NCBI GenBank assembly: GCA_965226885.1
Contig: CBDDEL010000013.1
Coordinates: forward strand, 416,001-480,000
Reading direction: 5' to 3'
DNA from: Opitutales bacterium
Lineage (GTDB): Bacteria > Verrucomicrobiota > Verrucomicrobiia > Opitutales > UBA2987
Length of the DNA stretch: 64,000 bases
Shown: positions 1-9,592 of the stretch, piece by piece
How positions within the stretch are numbered: position 1 is the first letter of the stretch
How the letters are laid out: each line of letters opens with the position of its first letter
Position numbers and translations under genes: made by a program
The notes under the pieces: generated by a model
The model's input: only the letters and a program-made list of their open reading frames with translations
The model's database searches: none
What the model was told of the DNA's origin: nothing

Positions 1-233
1 AAAATCGGCCAGGCTTATTGCGAGGTTGAGCATGTCGGGTTAGTTGTGAGCGGTCAGGCCGTAGCTGCCAAGGCGGACGGAGAAATGATCAAATTGATTG
101 TCAGGATTTGAAAAGAATCTGGAGAAATCTCGTTCCATGAGTTCTCTATCAAGCATCGTTTTATTGAAAAACATTATTCCGGATTTCATCCGATTGCTCT
201 AAAACATTGACCTTGCCCAGCGTTCCTTTATTC

Positions 234-1035
234 GGTAGTGTATAAAAAAAGAATGTTATTTTGTATTTTTAGCTGTACAAATAGCGTTAGGCAGTTTATT
301 CTTAGTGCATGGTTACTAAAATTATTAATTGTCGGCACTGTGGAAGTGAAAATATCATTAAATTTGGCAAGACGCCCAACCATAAACAGCGCTACCGCTG
401 CCATGATTGTGGTAAACAAAGCCGCGAAAACCCCACAGTGAAATACACCGAAGAGCAAAAAGAAATGATCCTTCGAGTCTATCAGGAACGCAGCAGTCTA
501 CGCGGTTTACAGCGCGCCTTCGGGGTGAGTCCCAACACCGTTTTGAGTTGGTTAAAAGAAACGACAATCGCTGCGACCGCTCAAAAGCACGATTCTTGCG
601 GCCCGCCGCCATGATGTCATTGAACTGGACGAACTGTGGTCTTTTGTGGGGCGCAAGAGCGATGCCCAATGGGTTTGGATCGCTCTTTGCCGACGCACCC
701 GTCAAATCCTCTCCTATGCCATTGGGCCTCGGGATTGGTATCGTTGCCGGGAACTTTACGAGCGTCTGCCACGGGCCTACAAAAGATGTGCCACCTACAG
801 CGACTTTTGGAGCACTTATGATGAAGTCTTTCCTCATAACCGATCCGTGGGAAAAGAAACCGGTGAAACGGCCCATGTGGAACGATGGAACAATACCCTG
901 CGCCAACGACTGGGTCGTTTCACACGCAAAACCCTCTCCTTTTCCAAGCTTAAGAGTATGCATGAAACCTGTCTGAGACTTTTCATTCATCAATATAATC
1001 AAGAATTAGCCACCATTCCTACTTAATACACTACC
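234..1035 (+). mobile_element. IS1-family element A, copy 1 (802 bp)
   Basis: Terminal IRs GGTAGTGTAT...ATACACTACC; 8-bp target duplication CTTTATTC (226-233 / 1036-1043); InsA and InsB ORFs. Confidence 0.95.
309..1026 (+). CDS. IS1-family transposase InsA (309-614) / InsB (to 1026), frameshift-joined; A-run interrupted in this copy
   Basis: InsA zinc ribbon CxxC...CxxC plus HTH; InsB motifs ELDELW, SDFW, HVERWNNTLRQRL. Confidence 0.9.
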
Positions 1036-1078
1036 CTTTATTCATCCAAAAGCTAACCGAAAATCGGAATGAACAAAA

Positions 1079-2422
1079 ATGATAGGTAAAATCACAGGTT
1101 TTTTTAAGTCGGGTCCCGATCTTCCCTTGATCCAGGACGAAGGAAAAGTCCGCGCCATCTATGAGCGTAAACGTATATGTATTTTCACCTGGCTGATCTT
1201 GGGTTACGGATTTTTCTACACCTGCCGGCTGAGCCTTTCGGTGGCCAAAAAACCGATGCTGGATGCCGGGATTTTGTCCGTTCCCGAGATGGGAATCATC
1301 GGCGCGGCCTTATTTTACGTATATGCATTCGGCAAATGTTGTAACGGGTTTTTGGCCGACCGAGCGAATATCCGCAAATTCATGTCCCTCGCCCTGCTCT
1401 GTTCGGCCATCGTCAATATCTTTTTCGGGCTAACCAGCCATTTTATTATATTTATGATTTTGTGGCTGCTCAACGGGTGGTTCCAGTCGATCGGGTCGGC
1501 CCCCAGCGTGGTTTCGTTGTGCCAATGGTTCAGCCATCAGGAGCGGGGACGGCGCTACGGCATCTGGGCGGGCGCGCATAATCTGGGGGAGGGGCTGACT
1601 TTCCTGGGCACCGCCTTACTGATCAGCTATTTTGGATGGCGCTACGGTTTCATAGGGCCGGGAATCGCCTGTGTGGGCATGGCAATCATCCTTTATTTCA
1701 ACCTGGGCGACAGGCCGCAAACCTACGGCCTCCCCCAGGTTTCCGAATACCGCCAGGATTTTTCAGCCGGTAAGCCAAGCAGCGAATCGATCGGCAGGCA
1801 GCAATTGATAGTGTTAAAAAGCCCGATCGTCTGGATAATGGGTCTGAGCAGCGCATTCATGTATGTGGGCCGCTATGCCATCAACAGCTGGGGAATTTTT
1901 TATCTGCAAACGGCCAAAGGCTACGACCTGGTCGTGGCAGGGGGGGCTATGGCCCTTTATCCCATATTGGGCTTTCTGGGCGCCGTGCTTTCCGGCTGGG
2001 TCTCGGAAAAGGTTTTTAATTCCCGCAGAAATGTTCCCACTCTCTTTTACGGCCTGTGCGAAACCATTTCACTGATTATGCTCTATCTCGTGCCGCCGGG
2101 GCATTTTTACCTCGACGCCCTGGCCCTGGGCCTATTCGGGTTCGGTATCGGTGGTTTGATCGTGTTTCTAGCCGGACTGACCGCGGTGGATTTAATGCCC
2201 AAAGGGGCGGTCGGAGCCGTTAAGGGCATGATCGGACTATTCAGCTACATGGCGGCAGCCACCCAGGACTGGATCAGCGGGCTGCTCATCAATGCCGGCA
2301 AATCAATGGTTGGCGGAGAGGAAGTTTTTGATTTCCGCTGGGCCTTTTATTTCTGGATCAGCAGCTCAGTCCTGTCCATGGCATTTGCCCTCGCAGTGTG
2401 GAATAAGAAAGCCCACGAGTAG
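1079..2422 (+). CDS. MFS transporter, organophosphate:Pi antiporter family (GlpT/UhpC-like)
   Basis: GYGFFYTCR, LADRANIR, NGWFQSIG, WFSHQERG motifs; about 12 hydrophobic segments. Confidence 0.85.
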   Translation: MIGKITGFFKSGPDLPLIQDEGKVRAIYERKRICIFTWLILGYGFFYTCRLSLSVAKKPMLDAGILSVPEMGIIGAALFYVYAFGKCCNGFLADRANIRKFMSLALLCSAIVNIFFGLTSHFIIFMILWLLNGWFQSIGSAPSVVSLCQWFSHQERGRRYGIWAGAHNLGEGLTFLGTALLISYFGWRYGFIGPGIACVGMAIILYFNLGDRPQTYGLPQVSEYRQDFSAGKPSSESIGRQQLIVLKSPIVWIMGLSSAFMYVGRYAINSWGIFYLQTAKGYDLVVAGGAMALYPILGFLGAVLSGWVSEKVFNSRRNVPTLFYGLCETISLIMLYLVPPGHFYLDALALGLFGFGIGGLIVFLAGLTAVDLMPKGAVGAVKGMIGLFSYMAAATQDWISGLLINAGKSMVGGEEVFDFRWAFYFWISSSVLSMAFALAVWNKKAHE

Positions 2423-2543
2423 AGTATTGGCCACATTTTCTGAGCGGTTTCCTCAACCTGCCGGAATTACCCCGTTGAAAGTAAAAATTTCCTTGCTCAA
2501 TGAGGAAAATATCAAAAGAATGGGCGTGATTGAGTAGCTTACC

Positions 2544-3249
2544 ATGTCAGAATCAGAAGAAGAAGAACCCGTAGCAGAGGAATACTACATCCGCGCACCG
2601 GACTCGGAGGACGCGCGCGGCCCATTTAATATGGAGAAACTGTCTTCACTGGTGGAAATCGACCAGGTGGACAAAGAAACCCTCTATTACGACGACGAAA
2701 AAGAAGAGTGGCTTGCCTTCAGCGCTTGCCTTCAGCGATAACAAGGAGTTGGCCAGCCGGGTTTTTCCGGAAAAAAAGAAACTCATCCTGAGAGCCAAAT
2801 CGGACGAAGACATGGATCTGCTCAATGCCTCGGAAGATGAAATAGAAGCCATATCAGTGTCGGATATGCTTGCTGCGGCAGAGGGAGACACGGAGGAGAC
2901 GAAGCACCTCAAAGAAGCCGCCAAGTGGGAGGAAAAGGCCGCCGGTTTATCGATGCCTATACTCGGTTTTATCATGCTCATCAGCACCTTCAACAACGTG
3001 TTTCCCAATTACTCCGTCATCATGGATGTGGTGAACGATGAGAACTACCTGGCGCTGTTGGAAAAACCCCTCCTGCTGGTCGGATTTGCGGACCTGTTTC
3101 TGGCCGTTTTCCTTTTACTGTCGGTCTCCGATATATTTCCCATGGTCAGATTTCGGGCCATGCTGGGGTTGGGCTATTTCGGGTTTTTCCACTGGGGACA
3201 ATGGCAGACCGGAGATGAAAGCTCCATGATCCTGATGGCTGCCGGAATC
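2544..3249 (+). pseudogene. GYF_2-like N-terminal domain membrane protein, frameshifted by a 13-bp duplication and truncated by IS1
   Basis: YYIR...RGPF...L N-terminal motif; removing one GCTTGCCTTCAGC copy (2711-2736) joins ORFs 2544 and 2713; IS1 starts at 3250. Confidence 0.75.
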
Positions 3250-3813
3250 GGTAGTGTATAAAAAAAGAATGTTATTTGGTATTTTTAGCTGTACAAATAG
3301 CGTTAGGCAGTTTATTCTTAGTGCATGGTTACTAAAATTATTAATTGTCAGCACTGTGGAAGTGAAAATATCATTAAATTTGGCAAGACGCCCAACCATA
3401 AACAGCGCTACCGCTGCCATGATTGTGGTAAACAAAGCCGCGAAAACCCCACAGTGAAATACACCGAAGAGCAAAAAGAAATGATCCTTCGAGTCTATCA
3501 GGAACGCAGCAGTCTACGCGGTTTACAGCGCGCCTTCGGGGTGAGTCCCAACACCGTTTTGAGTTGGTTAAAAAAAACGACAATCGCTGCGACCGCTCAA
3601 AAGCACGATTCTTGCGGCCCGCCGCCATGATGTCATTGAACTGGACGAACTGTGGTCTTTTGTGGGGCGCAAGAGCGATGCCCAATGGGTTTGGATCGCT
3701 CTTTGCCGACGCACCCGTCAAATCCTCTCCTATGCCATTGGGCCTCGGGATTGGTATCGTTGCCGGGAACTTTACGAGCGTCTGCCACGGGCCTACAAAA
3801 GATGTGCCACCTA
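3250..3813 (+). mobile_element. IS1-family element A, copy 2, truncated
   Basis: Left IR GGTAGTGTAT; matches copy 1 up to ...GCCACCTA, then switches to the ISNCY-like end; remainder absent. Confidence 0.92.
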
Positions 3814-5410
3814 GAGGCTGTCCCAAAAGGGTGATTTTTGCGAGGGCTTTTGATAGGCGCTCATTTTAGAGGTATTTGCATTTGGGAGAGTATCAACTTT
3901 GCTCTCCTATGACGTTAGGATACTGGTTTTGGGGTCCGGTTGCCTGGTTTTCTTTGTATGAGCCGACAGTACGGCTGTGAAAAAGTATTGTCCTTGCTTT
4001 TCCGCTCTCTAGCCCGGATATTTCATGAAGGGTAAAGTTTGGCTCGTTATTGCTATTGGAGATGGATTTCTTTGTATTTTGAGCAGATCGTCTTGATTTT
4101 TAGGTGTTTTTCAGGGTGTAGAGACACTGCCCCCTTTCCCCCATTGGTTCGGTAGTGCCGGGGGCAGCACCAATGCACCCTTTAGGTTGGCACCAATCGG
4201 CGGGCCGCATGGTTGAAAAGACTGGCCCAAGGATAACTCTCACTTAGGTGAAAGTGAATCGTTCGGGTGTTGCGCACGATGACCGCTCCGATCTTGATTA
4301 ATTTGAGCCGCAGGGTGTGGCATTGGGCCCGCGCCCACTTCGTCCCTTTTAAGGCTAACCGGCGCATGGCTTCCATCAAGGTGTAGGCCAGCGCCGACAA
4401 GAGCAATCGCCACTGATTGGCCCACCATTGATGGGCGCTGGTGCGCTCGCTGAACAATTGCATCTGTTCCTTGATTCGGTTCTCCATTTCACCGCGGCCA
4501 CAGTATACCTTGTCGTAAAGCTCCTGGGGATCGCCCGGCAGGTTCGTCACCACGAAGCGCGGGTTGGACCCCTGTGCGGTGTGTTCGGCTTTATGGATGA
4601 CCAACCGCAGCCATCGCCACGAATCGGCAGCATAGACGAGGTCCTGGAATAACCGTTGTTTTTTACCCCTTAGTTCGAACCATTCTTTGGCCTGCTTTTG
4701 CAACTGCTGGGCGTCTTGCTGCAAGCGTGCATTGCGAGCCATCCCCACGATGTAACTAACTTCGTTGCGGTCGCACCAAGAGAGTATCCGGTCTCGACAA
4801 AATCCACTGTCGGCGCGCCAAATAATCCGCGTACGGGGCCAGCTTTGGCGAATCCGTTTAACCAGCAATTTGAGGATGGCCCCGGCATGCTTGCTGGCAT
4901 CGATCTTGCTCGGCCGCAGGTAGGCCACCAGCAGCTGATCACCGCAAAAAACATATAGCGGCAGAAAACAGTAATGATCATAATAACCGTGGAAAAAACG
5001 TCCCTCCTGGAGCCCGTGCACCGGATTGTCGGTGCCGTCAAAGTCCAGGATGATCTCTTCGGGTTCCTCGGCAAAGGAGCCCATGAACTGTTCGACCAAC
5101 AGCTCGTTTACCGCAAAGGCCGCCCGCCGATCCTGCCCGTTTTCAAAACGACACAAAGTCGGCGCGCTGGCCAACGTTTCAATGCGCCCCGTTACCGTTT
5201 GCAACAATGGATCGTGGCGCAGGGTATCAAAGTCGTTCAAATCCTCATAGCCCGCCACCAGCCCGTAAACGCGCTGCCGCAGCATCCCCAAGACCTCATG
5301 GCGTACTTTGCCCTTCTGCCGTTTGTCCACTAACTGTCGGGCCGCTCGTTCGGTCAAGCCCAACTGCCGATCCACTTCCCGGATCAAAAGCAGTCCGGCA
5401 TCCGAAGTAA

Positions 5411-6541
5411 TACCAAATCTCATTAGGTATGATAATAAGTTATTTGGCAGAAGCGTTTGCTTGAATGTGCTGCCAGCCTCCGCCAACTAAAGAGAGGACT
5501 TTTTCAGTGTCCTCCCACCAGTCTTTGAGATGGGTTGCGACGACTTCTTCGAGTCGCTCAATGCTCGGCCACAGTTTGTTGGCCGTTTGATCCTGTATCA
5601 TATCCCAAAGTCTTTCAATCGGGTTGAGTTCAGGACTATACGGCGGCAAATTCACGATATGTATGCCCGGGGGGACGTTGGGGTGCTCCGAGTCGTGCGG
5701 ATGGAAGCCTGCCCCGTCCCATACAACCACATGTTCCTCCTCAGGATATTGCTTTTTGATCTGTTGGAGGAAAGCCTCCGTCCACTGTAGATTCGTGCTA
5801 GGGGTTTGGATGCATACCATCTCGCCGTTGACCACGTCGAGGGCTCCGTAACAGTAGCTCCACTGGTATCTTGTCTGATATTTTTTGTGCGGCCGAAGCC
5901 CTCTTTGCGTCCAGCACCGGCGGTACACCGGAAGCAAACCAAAACGGCTTTCATCGGCAAACCACACCCGAACCCGATTGCCTCGGGTGAGGGAAAGCTC
6001 CTGGAGGATCTTAAAAAAGTCTCGCTTGAACGCTTCCGCTTTTGCCGAGTCCCGTTTCTCATGCACGGGGCGAGGGACTCGAAGCACCCCGGCGCATTTT
6101 TTTAGCCATCGCCACACCGTCTTGTAGGCGAAGGAGCGCCCGAAATGTCGCTCCAGCTCTTGCCCCGCCTGAACGGCTGTGTTCCAGCGCGCGACCTTCA
6201 AACCATTGAGCAAGAAGGCCTCCACCTCTTTGTCGCAACGGCTTTTGATCCCGCCTTTGTAGGCGCGTGTAAGCACCGCCCCGAGCCCTGCAGCACGATA
6301 TTTGTCAAACCAACGCTGGATCGTCGCTTTGCCTCGGCCCACGATGGCTCCAATTTCATCAATGCTGTGGTGCGGCTGGAAGCCCATTTTTAATGCCACC
6401 AAACGCTCTTTACGCCAGCCGACAGCCTCTTTGTTGAGCAATTTCTTGATACGTTCACGGTCTTCATCGGTTCCCATATATCTTCTCATTCCGCCTTTAT
6501 AGCTGTTTTTTAATCTTTATCAATCCTTTTGCGATTTGGTA
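5411..6541 (-). mobile_element. IS630-family element (about 1131 bp)
   Basis: IRs TACCAAATC / GATTTGGTA; flanked by duplicated TA(A). Confidence 0.9.
5440..6489 (-). CDS. IS630-family transposase (single ORF)
   Basis: WFADESRFG, WDGAGFH, LPPYSPELNPIERLW DDE motifs; N-terminal HTH. Confidence 0.93.
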   Translation of the reverse strand: MRRYMGTDEDRERIKKLLNKEAVGWRKERLVALKMGFQPHHSIDEIGAIVGRGKATIQRWFDKYRAAGLGAVLTRAYKGGIKSRCDKEVEAFLLNGLKVARWNTAVQAGQELERHFGRSFAYKTVWRWLKKCAGVLRVPRPVHEKRDSAKAEAFKRDFFKILQELSLTRGNRVRVWFADESRFGLLPVYRRCWTQRGLRPHKKYQTRYQWSYCYGALDVVNGEMVCIQTPSTNLQWTEAFLQQIKKQYPEEEHVVVWDGAGFHPHDSEHPNVPPGIHIVNLPPYSPELNPIERLWDMIQDQTANKLWPSIERLEEVVATHLKDWWEDTEKVLSLVGGGWQHIQANASAK

Positions 6542-6713
6542 TAACCTCTCCGCCCTTGAAATCAACCCGCACACGGCGGCCTTTTACCCTTGTCAACTGT
6601 AGCTTTAATTGTTTACCTTTTGTCATCGCTGATATTGCTTTAATTATTGATCTATCCTGCTGTATATCAGCAGTTAAGCATATCAACGATACTTTTTTTA
6701 CGAAATATCCGGG

Positions 6714-8195
6714 CTAGGCCGCCGCTTTGGTTTTTAGTTCGTCTTGCTGGGCCAGCATCTTGGCTACTTTCCATAGGTTGTGCGAGAGTACCGACCAGGC
6801 TACGCTGATCGAGCGGTTGGCAAAGCCTTTGCTGCGCAACCGCCCGGCCTGCCAGCGATTCTTCAATACCCCGATCCGCCCTTCGGTGCTGGCCCGGCGC
6901 TTTTGCAATTGTCTGAACAGTGGTTCCTCCATCCGTTTTTTCAACTGCTTCGGATCGCGTGGACAGAGCGCGTCGTAGATTCCCTCCTGGGCTAACTGCC
7001 GGCGGGCCCGCTGGGAGGCAAATCCCCGGTCCGCGCACATGGCCGCTATGGGTTCTTCCAGGTTGAAGCGGTTCTGTCTTTGCAAACTCTCTTGCATTTG
7101 TTCATTTTCGCTTGGAGTTCGGCTGCCGTAGAGTTTCCAGTCCAGCAGGTACCCTTCAACGCTTTCTCCCAAAAACAGGGTGTTGCCGAACTCGACCTCT
7201 TGGCCCGCTTTACCTCGCACAATCACCTGCCCATCGAGTTCGTAAACACTCAAGACTTTCTCTGCGTTTTTCACCTGGCGGCGGCCAATGATCCGCTCGT
7301 GCGCCTGTTTGATGACCACCGGGATTTGCTCGCTCATGCGCTCCATCCGGGCGAGGATCTGTTGGACCTGTTTTTCGCTGTAATCGCTTTGCTCCCAGCA
7401 GGCTTGCAATAATTCCCGGTGACTGCGGGCATGCTCCCCGATCCGTTTGAGCAGCTTTTTCATCTGCCTCAAGATACCCTTGCGCTGCCGCGCGCTGTCC
7501 TTTCGCCGCCGGCTGTGGGTCATCTGTATGCACAGCCGATTCATCTGCCGAGCCAAGGGCTCCGGTTCGATCGGCATGCGATGGCGCAAACCGGCCTTCT
7601 CGCGGATCAGCCGGATCGCTTTGAGCAACGTGCCGGCTACATCCTTGAGTAATACCCAGTCCGTCGGCCAATGAATGTTAGCCTCCAAACAGGTGCCGTC
7701 GATCAGGCAAATGGTGGTGTCAATCGGCTTGTCCAATCCCACCTGCCGGGCCAGAAGGGCATCGCCCACCACCTCAGTCAAGGTCCGGTGCAAGGCCCTC
7801 AACTGCTCTTCGCTGAAAAACTTCGAGGCCCGCTCCAGGGTGCTTTTGGAGATGCCCCTGATGCCATCGATCTGCCGGACACGGCAAAAGTCGGCCAACA
7901 GATCGCTGCTGCCCAGAGCCCGCGACAAATGCCGAAACGAAATCCCTCCGAGCAGACGGCCCAGCGTATCCATGCGCAGTGCCTTGATGGCAAAACTGGC
8001 CCGCTGCCGCCGGGCCTTTAGACCCATTGGCGGCCACCCCTCCAAGGCCAGCTCAATGGCCTGCGATTCCACCTCCGAGTCGATCAGCAGCCGATCGATT
8101 CGATCAATGGTGGCGCGGAAGTTATCGTAATCGAGGCACCGGTCGACCACAGCTAAAGCTGGACGCAGGAGGCATTGGATGGCTATATTTTTCAT
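6714..8195 (-). CDS. DDE transposase, ISNCY/IS5-like (493 aa)
   Basis: DGTCLEANIHWPTD, RGKAGQEVEFG, ADRGF, RASTEGRIGVLK motifs. Confidence 0.88.
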   Translation of the reverse strand: MKNIAIQCLLRPALAVVDRCLDYDNFRATIDRIDRLLIDSEVESQAIELALEGWPPMGLKARRQRASFAIKALRMDTLGRLLGGISFRHLSRALGSSDLLADFCRVRQIDGIRGISKSTLERASKFFSEEQLRALHRTLTEVVGDALLARQVGLDKPIDTTICLIDGTCLEANIHWPTDWVLLKDVAGTLLKAIRLIREKAGLRHRMPIEPEPLARQMNRLCIQMTHSRRRKDSARQRKGILRQMKKLLKRIGEHARSHRELLQACWEQSDYSEKQVQQILARMERMSEQIPVVIKQAHERIIGRRQVKNAEKVLSVYELDGQVIVRGKAGQEVEFGNTLFLGESVEGYLLDWKLYGSRTPSENEQMQESLQRQNRFNLEEPIAAMCADRGFASQRARRQLAQEGIYDALCPRDPKQLKKRMEEPLFRQLQKRRASTEGRIGVLKNRWQAGRLRSKGFANRSISVAWSVLSHNLWKVAKMLAQQDELKTKAAA

Positions 8196-8498
8196 AGAAA
8201 GGGCTATATTGATTTTCGCTAACTCAATTATAGAACCCTTTTTTGGCCGGATCGAGCAAAAACTTGCTCTTTCCGGCTCTTTTTATCAACGTCATCCAGT
8301 TGACTATAAAATCTTTATATTTTTGGGACAGCCTCTAGAATAGGGGAAATACCCCACCTTTATTTTCCCCAAAGCAATGCCCTATTGGGGTCTTTTTTTT
8401 GTTCAATTCGGGAAAGTCGGTCAATATCATCCAATCCATTGATAAGCACTAATCGCTGTCCAAAATGGAAACAAAATTCTCCGTATTGAAAACTCCGA

Positions 8499-9482
8499 TC
8501 AAAACACCCCCTTTGAGGACGGGTAAAATTGCCAGTCCGCATCTAGGTATATGGAAACCGGTCGGGTAAAAGGGCCCAAGGGCGCATCCGGGTTTTGACA
8601 GGAGGAAATATCCTGGAAGTCTTGCCGGGAAATAGTGTAATGGCGCTCCCGATCGCGGAGAAACAAAGCCTCAATCATGGGCTGGCCGGCAACCAGACCG
8701 GCTGCTTCCGCGATTGTGGAGTCTCCCGGCAGAGAAATAAAGTTCTTGCTGGCAACATCTCCGACGGTCCATCTGCGCAGTGTTTCGCCGCGCTTGACCA
8801 TTTTATACTCCAGTTGCCCGCCGACAAAAATAAAAGCAAGCAGCAGCGCCATTATATCGCTCACATTTTCGTAAAGTAAAGCCGCCACAATACCGCCCGC
8901 GGCCAGAGGCATGGCCACATAGGTTGCCGTCCTCGTCGCGCTGAGGTAGGAATAACGCAGGGCCAGGAGTGCCCGCAGGATGCGCCCGCCGTCCATCGGA
9001 AATATGGGGAGCAAATTAAAAAGACCCATTGCCAGGTTAAATAACAGAAGCGAGAAAAAGAGATCCCTCCAGCCATAGGTAAAATCCGCATAGAGCCATT
9101 CCCAGGGGGACCCTAGAATAATGCGCAAAATCCCGGCCAGGAGAAAATTCACCATGGGCCCGGCCAGGGTTATGAAAAGTTCCCGCAGAGGTTTTCGAGG
9201 AATATGCCCGAATTGCGCCATCCCACCGATGGGCAGCAGCAATATGCGATGTATGGTGATCTTGTAACGCCTGGCCATCAGGCAGTGCCCCAACTCGTGC
9301 AGCACCACGCAGGTGAAGACCAGCAGGATAAGAGAGGTGGACCATACGACACGCGTCCAGTCGCCGTCCCCATCCCGCCAACTGCCCCAGGCCACCCAGG
9401 CCACCAGGAGTAGAAAGGTGAAATGCAGCTCCAGTTGGATGCCAAAGAGGCGGAATAACTTAATTGACCCGTATCTGCCCAT
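8499..9482 (-). CDS. Site-2 protease (M50) with CBS-like C-terminus, probably frameshifted near the 3' end
   Basis: HELGH, AGPMVN, FNLLPIFPMDGGRIL motifs; hydrophobic segments. Confidence 0.88.
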   Translation of the reverse strand: MGRYGSIKLFRLFGIQLELHFTFLLLVAWVAWGSWRDGDGDWTRVVWSTSLILLVFTCVVLHELGHCLMARRYKITIHRILLLPIGGMAQFGHIPRKPLRELFITLAGPMVNFLLAGILRIILGSPWEWLYADFTYGWRDLFFSLLLFNLAMGLFNLLPIFPMDGGRILRALLALRYSYLSATRTATYVAMPLAAGGIVAALLYENVSDIMALLLAFIFVGGQLEYKMVKRGETLRRWTVGDVASKNFISLPGDSTIAEAAGLVAGQPMIEALFLRDRERHYTISRQDFQDISSCQNPDAPLGPFTRPVSIYLDADWQFYPSSKGVF

Positions 9483-9592
9483 AAATTGTTATTAGGTTTC
9501 CCTTTTATCCATTCTCGATCACAATTCCATACCTATAGGAACCAGTTGCAAATATCGACCCCTATTCCCGCAACTGTATCCAGACAATCCAA

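Larger units (their letters stand above)
4182..6626 (-). pseudogene. IS1380-family transposase, split by IS630
   Basis: N-terminus MTKGKQLKLQLTRVKGRRVRVDFKGGEV (from 6626) rejoins TSDAGLLL; LDFDGTD, RADSGF, RGEMENRIKE motifs. Confidence 0.9.
4013..6713 (-). mobile_element. IS1380-family element interrupted by IS630
   Basis: IRs CCCGGATATTTC / GAAATATCCGGG; CTAG duplication at 4009-4012 and 6714-6717. Confidence 0.92.
3814..8335 (-). mobile_element. ISNCY/IS5-like element, copy 1 (1817 bp native), carrying nested IS1380 and IS630
   Basis: Terminal IRs GAGGCTGTCCCAAAA / TTTTGGGACAGCCTC; near-identical to copies at 14838 and 59103; flanks do not match (no TSD). Confidence 0.92.

Noticed and set aside
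1..138. Minus-strand gene start at 138
   Set aside because: The frame stops after about 32 codons and the window edge prevents assessment.
4148..4157. TTCGGTAGTG resembling an IS1 end inside IS1380
   Set aside because: The match is short and no IS1 sequence follows; it lies in a GC-rich hairpin region downstream of the transposase.
4182..5486. 434-aa ORF as an intact IS1380 transposase
   Set aside because: Its first ~25 residues come from the IS630 end; the real N-terminus is at 6542-6626.
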